Assembly (NCBI GenBank): GCA_965223665.1
Contig: OZ245011.1
Coordinates: 1,472,001 to 1,536,000, forward strand
Direction: 5' to 3'
Source of the DNA: Nitrospinaceae bacterium
GTDB lineage: Bacteria; Nitrospinota; Nitrospinia; Nitrospinales; Nitrospinaceae
Length of the DNA stretch: 64,000 nt
The position numbers and the translations under genes are program-made. The first letter of the stretch is position 1; each line of letters begins with the position of its first letter. Below, in pieces: positions 59,828 to 64,000 of this stretch. The notes under the pieces are model-generated. The model saw only the letters and a list, made by a program, of their open reading frames with translations, was not told the origin of the DNA and did no database searches.

Positions 59828-60715
59828 ATGAAAAAATTCATCAGTTTCATCCTCGTTCTTACATTCATTTCCCCGGCCCAAGCTGAAAAGGATATTGACC
59901 TAAATGATTTTGACCCGGACGTATCTCATTGGATAGAGATAAAAAGACCAGAAAACAATCTCTCACCGGAAGGAGGGGTATTCACTTCTAGCGCTAATTT
60001 TTCAAAACTAAATTGGAAAGTGAGAGAAGACGAAGGAACCATAAAAGCCAGCCTGAATGAACTCGTACCAAAAGAAAAGCCAAAATTCACACCCAAAACC
60101 CCCCAGTTCAATGGAGGACATCGATTCAAGAAGGTGGAGGATGGTTGGCTGGTCGGATTCAATGAGGGCGAATTTGGAGGCGAGCTGTGGTGGTTTTCTA
60201 ACAATGGCCAATCCTCATATAAAATTTCTGATGATCAGATAAATCAATTTATTTTTACAAACAGGAGTATCTTCGCCATCCAGGGGTTAGCGCATTTGGG
60301 CTCTAGAAGAGGAAGTCTAATAAAAATAGATAAAAAGGATGGCCGTTGGGTTTCTACACAAAAGATAGATTTTGGAGAATCGCCAGAAGCAATAATCAGG
60401 ATGGCGGACAACTGGTTTGCAATTGTATTGACGAATTCACTTGTTCGAGTAGATGAAAACTATAATGTCGCAAAAGTTTTGGAAGATGCCCACTGGGGTA
60501 CCTTTTACCCAAATTCTATTGCATCCAATAGTCCACAGTTGGTTTATGTTGGAATGCGTCAGTATGTAGTTGAAATTAATTTAAAAACAAGAAAAGCACG
60601 ATATCTAATTCCTGGAAAGAAATATTTGAATAAGCTACCCCCTGAACAGGAAGAAAGAATCAGAGAACAATATAGGGATTTTTCTAAAATATTAGAAAAG
60701 GAAAGAAGTGAATAA
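59828..60715 (+). CDS. secreted hypothetical protein (beta-propeller-like)
   Basis: Signal peptide ending AQA; GFNEGEFGGELWW, GLAHL, YPNS. Confidence 0.75.
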   Translation: MKKFISFILVLTFISPAQAEKDIDLNDFDPDVSHWIEIKRPENNLSPEGGVFTSSANFSKLNWKVREDEGTIKASLNELVPKEKPKFTPKTPQFNGGHRFKKVEDGWLVGFNEGEFGGELWWFSNNGQSSYKISDDQINQFIFTNRSIFAIQGLAHLGSRRGSLIKIDKKDGRWVSTQKIDFGESPEAIIRMADNWFAIVLTNSLVRVDENYNVAKVLEDAHWGTFYPNSIASNSPQLVYVGMRQYVVEINLKTRKARYLIPGKKYLNKLPPEQEERIREQYRDFSKILEKERSE

Positions 60716-60801
60716 TTATCACCTCTTTCTTAATTTGGTATAAATTTAATTGAAAGTTAGAATCAGGCAATCCAATCCGGTAGTAAAGTAAGGAGACATA
60801 A

Positions 60802-61008
60802 ATGTCGCAAGTGATACTTAATCCCGATGAAGCAAAATCATTGGCCAGAGCCCTGAGTCATTTATTCGTTAGAGAAAGAACAGGGGAGCTTGGGATTACT
60901 CACGGCATGAATCGTTTTGTGAGCACGGATGATCGTTTTAAGAAAAAAGATTTAGAACCTCCGCACTCCGTGTTTTCTAAACTGGGCATCACCTTAACTG
61001 CTGAGTAA
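60802..61008 (+). CDS. small hypothetical protein
   Basis: AAGGAG RBS, 68 aa. Confidence 0.55.
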   Translation: MSQVILNPDEAKSLARALSHLFVRERTGELGITHGMNRFVSTDDRFKKKDLEPPHSVFSKLGITLTAE

Positions 61009-61316
61009 CTTTTGACGGTTTAAACAGTACATTTCATGTCTATCATCTTAATGCCCCATAAATTCATAGGGTGAATCCAATACCCTTTCCGGCATACACT
61101 ATTTTCCCAAGTGGGTTGACTCCGCTTAGTTATACCACAATTGCATGTCCGCTTATGTCGGATTCCCGTCTATAACTCACTCCTGAAACATTCAAGATTT
61201 TGGGTCAACTCTGGAACCGTTTTTGGAGGCGGTCCGTGGTTCCGTTTTCAGGAATTTTTACTGCCAAACCGGTATCTAAATATATAGAGGGTAAGTTGTT
61301 ACTCTATTAAAAGGAG

Positions 61317-61724
61317 ATGGTTATGAAAGAGCTTAAAGCATCTGATGTTATGACCCGGCCAGTGGTTTCCGCCCGGCCCAAAGCTTCAACTCGGGATGTG
61401 GTTTTGCAGCTGACCACGGGTCTTTTTAGTGGCATGCCTGTAACAGAAAAAGGCGGCAAGGTGATTGGGATTATCACCGAACTCGATCTTTTGAGCGCGG
61501 TGGTTGAGAATAAAGAGTTGGTCAAGACAACTGTGGAAGAGATCATGAGCAAGGACGTAGTAACCGTGAGCCCGGATACCCCTGCGACTGATATAGTCAA
61601 AATCATGCGGGATAATAATTTACTCAGAGTTCCGGTGGTGAAAGAAGGTAAGTTGGTCGGTATCGTAGCGCGCAGTGATATTCTCAGATGCCTGATTGAA
61701 CCTGAGTTCGTAACTTATATGTAA
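61317..61724 (+). CDS. CBS-domain pair protein
   Basis: VMTRPVV, GMPV...GIITELDL, IMSKDVVTV, GIVARSDIL. Confidence 0.92.
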   Translation: MVMKELKASDVMTRPVVSARPKASTRDVVLQLTTGLFSGMPVTEKGGKVIGIITELDLLSAVVENKELVKTTVEEIMSKDVVTVSPDTPATDIVKIMRDNNLLRVPVVKEGKLVGIVARSDILRCLIEPEFVTYM

Positions 61725-61821
61725 CAGGTTCCGGTTTCCCGGTGTTCCGTAATGGATTGCCGGGAAACTCCTGTTCGCGATACAAACGATTGCTTTACCT
61801 TTCTGAAAAGGATAACGCCCA

Positions 61822-63021
61822 ATGATGAATGATTTAAACATAACTGAGTTTGGCATGCCGCGCGAGATCTACGAAAGGATTAAAGAATTAAGGCGGGACC
61901 TGCACCGTTACCCGGAACTGAGCCATAAGGAAAAACGCACGGCCCACAAAATTTCAGAACAGTTAAACTCCTTAGGAATTTCCCACGAGACCGGTATTGC
62001 CGGAACGGGAGTGGTTGCGAATATACCGGGGCGTTTTTCAGGGCCCTCTATTGCCCTGCGCGCGGATACAGATGCGTTGCCCATTCTGGAAGAGACGGAA
62101 CTGCCCTTTGCCTCTGCAGAAGCTGGGGTAATGCACGCCTGCGGTCATGACGGACACAGCAGTATGCTGGTAGGTGCCGCCGCAATGCTGGCTCAGGGGG
62201 AACCGCCCCCGTTGCCGGTTCGTTTCGTCTGGCAACCCGCGGAGGAAGTAGGCGAAGGCGCTCTGGAAATGATCCGCGCCGGCGTTCTGGAAAATGTGGG
62301 TATGATTTTCGGCGGCCACCTGGACCGACATTACCCGGCGGGAACACTGATTGTTACTGACGGACCGGTCAATGCTTCCACAGATACGTTTCATATTCAT
62401 ATTCATGGGCAGCAGGGGCACGGCGCACGTCCTCACGAAGCCTGCGACGCTATTGTGGTCGCCAGTTTGATGATCACCGCCTTACAAACTATTGTGTCAC
62501 GAGAAGTAGACCCGGCCCACCCTTCGGTAATTTCAGTCGGCGCGTTTCATGCGGGCACAGCCCCTAACGTCATTGCCGGTTCAGCCAAGCTGGATGGAAC
62601 CCTCCGTGCCCAGGACAAAGAGGTACGATCTCATTTGCAGGCTTCTATATCACGCATGGCAAAGGCCATCGGTCAATTGCATGATGCCCAGGTCTCCGTA
62701 GAATTTAAATTCGGGACTCCCAGTGTGGTCAACACTCCGGAAATGGCGGAGCTTGCCAGGAGCGCGGCGGTGAAGGTGGTGGGACCGGAACGGGTAGTCG
62801 CTTTACACACAGCTAACATGGGCGGAGAAGACTTTTCTTATTACCTGGATAAAGTTCCCGGCTGTTACATTCGTTTTGGAGGACAGGTGCCGGATCGAAA
62901 AGGGTTTCCCGCGCATTCCAGTCAATTTGATTTCGACGAGAAGGCGCTTGCCGCCGGAGCCGCCTGGTTTGCACAGGTAGCCCACATCGCTGGAACGTCT
63001 TTACACAACCAAACGTCATGA
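61822..63021 (+). CDS. M20D-family amidohydrolase
   Basis: LHRYPELS, RADTDAL, MHACGHDGH, QPAEE, GEDFS, HSSQF. Confidence 0.93.
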   Translation: MMNDLNITEFGMPREIYERIKELRRDLHRYPELSHKEKRTAHKISEQLNSLGISHETGIAGTGVVANIPGRFSGPSIALRADTDALPILEETELPFASAEAGVMHACGHDGHSSMLVGAAAMLAQGEPPPLPVRFVWQPAEEVGEGALEMIRAGVLENVGMIFGGHLDRHYPAGTLIVTDGPVNASTDTFHIHIHGQQGHGARPHEACDAIVVASLMITALQTIVSREVDPAHPSVISVGAFHAGTAPNVIAGSAKLDGTLRAQDKEVRSHLQASISRMAKAIGQLHDAQVSVEFKFGTPSVVNTPEMAELARSAAVKVVGPERVVALHTANMGGEDFSYYLDKVPGCYIRFGGQVPDRKGFPAHSSQFDFDEKALAAGAAWFAQVAHIAGTSLHNQTS

Positions 63022-64000
63022 CTCAATTCCCCATCACCATCCGCGAAGCCCGGGAAAAGGATGTGTCCGCCATTCGAGATATTTTCTACACGGTATACAG
63101 TTCGCATTATCCTTATCCTCAGTTTTATGATGTTGACTGGCTTAAGCGATCTGTTTTCAGTGACGACATCATTTTGCTGGTAGCGGTAGACGATAACACC
63201 GGAACGGTCCTCGGTTTTTCGTCAGTCGTATTAGATATTGGTGCGCACTCAGACCTCGTCGGTGAGTTTGGTCGGCTGGTGGTCCATCCGGAACCGAGGA
63301 AACGCGGTATTGGTAACGCCCTCATGGCCAAACGAATCGAACGGGTCCGGGATCGACTTCATTTAGGGATTGTGGAAAACAGAACCTCGCATGTGTATTC
63401 ACAAAAAATTTCATTGAAGCACGGTTTTGTTCCTGTGGGGTTTCTGCCTGTTAAGTTACCGTTCCCAAAGCAGCGGGAAAGTATGGCTCTGTTCGTCCAG
63501 TATTTTAGCGATGCTCTAAAGATGAGAAACAATCACCCGCGCATCATTCCGGAGGCACACACTTTAGCCCGTTTTGCATTCGCCAATTGCTCTTTAGAAT
63601 GCGACGCTATAGTGGATGATCAAACCCCGCCCTATCCCCATTCCACAGATTTTGAAGTGACCGAGCTGACCACCGATGAGCTTCCTTCCCTGATACAGAT
63701 TCAAAGAGGGCGAGTAAGCCATCGTGAATTGTTTGGCCCTTTGCGCCTGCATTATGGATTTTTCCGCTTGCAAATGGCGCACGCTCAATACCTGGTGGTG
63801 CGCGAGCCGGCGCTGGGAGAAACTAAGGGCCGGTTAGTTGGAGCGGTAGGTTATATTCGAAACGATCATGAGAAGTTATTAAAAATTTATGAACTCATCA
63901 CAACACACGACCTTCCGGTAAGGTTCCTGATAGATCAGCTTCTCAAGCAAGCCCAAATCTGGGGCATTGAATATATCGAGGCAGACGTCAGCGCGCACTC
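63018..64000 (+). CDS. multi-domain GNAT acetyltransferase, runs off the window end (absent from the ORF track)
   Basis: ATGA overlap with the amidohydrolase stop; MTQFPITIREARE...YPYPQF...EFGRLVVHPEPRKRGIG. Confidence 0.82.
   Translation, partial: MTQFPITIREAREKDVSAIRDIFYTVYSSHYPYPQFYDVDWLKRSVFSDDIILLVAVDDNTGTVLGFSSVVLDIGAHSDLVGEFGRLVVHPEPRKRGIGNALMAKRIERVRDRLHLGIVENRTSHVYSQKISLKHGFVPVGFLPVKLPFPKQRESMALFVQYFSDALKMRNNHPRIIPEAHTLARFAFANCSLECDAIVDDQTPPYPHSTDFEVTELTTDELPSLIQIQRGRVSHRELFGPLRLHYGFFRLQMAHAQYLVVREPALGETKGRLVGAVGYIRNDHEKLLKIYELITTHDLPVRFLIDQLLKQAQIWGIEYIEADVSAH

Noticed and set aside
1-64000. CRISPR array, tRNA/rRNA, integrase, transposase, reverse transcriptase (retron/DGR)
   Set aside because: No regularly spaced repeat-spacer array and no recognisable motifs for these genes. 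The mtfA copies differ at all base types and by indels, not adenine-specifically as a DGR template/variable pair would.

Overview
Bacterial chromosomal window with about 60 CDS. I recognised no rRNA, tRNA, CRISPR array, integrase or transposase. Metabolic genes are ppc, purEK, cydAB, a monomeric NADP-icd, a DAB-type inorganic-carbon uptake operon (NuoL-like, NuoM-like, DUF2309, P-II), an SLC13 permease and a metal-uptake cluster with a TonB receptor. They are interleaved with many single accessory genes: lipoproteins, TPR/Sel1, GNAT, GGCT, OsmC/HxlR, and an AT-rich AbiTii + ABC-ATPase/PIN-like defence patch. The content fits a chemolithoautotroph, possibly Nitrospinota-like (inference only). 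The most unusual signal is intergenic: four independent families of dispersed degenerate repeats mark gene boundaries. (A) Copies of the 3' end plus downstream extended -10 promoter of gene 8467..9051. (B) Copies of the 5' end of the MtfA-like gene at 43839. (C) An approximately 28-bp imperfect palindrome (AATGTCCGCTTTnGGYCGWWAGYRGAC) whose AATG end tends to face the neighbouring cargo gene. (D) A longer REP/MITE-like structured repeat with compensatory base changes. An attC-like site is also present. Together these suggest a serial gene-capture hotspot with no recombinase encoded in the window. Other highlights are a His-rich xPP leader-peptide switch in front of the TonB receptor, a chimeric mini-gene made by duplication of a gene junction in the DAB operon, and a structured terminated RNA upstream of icd.
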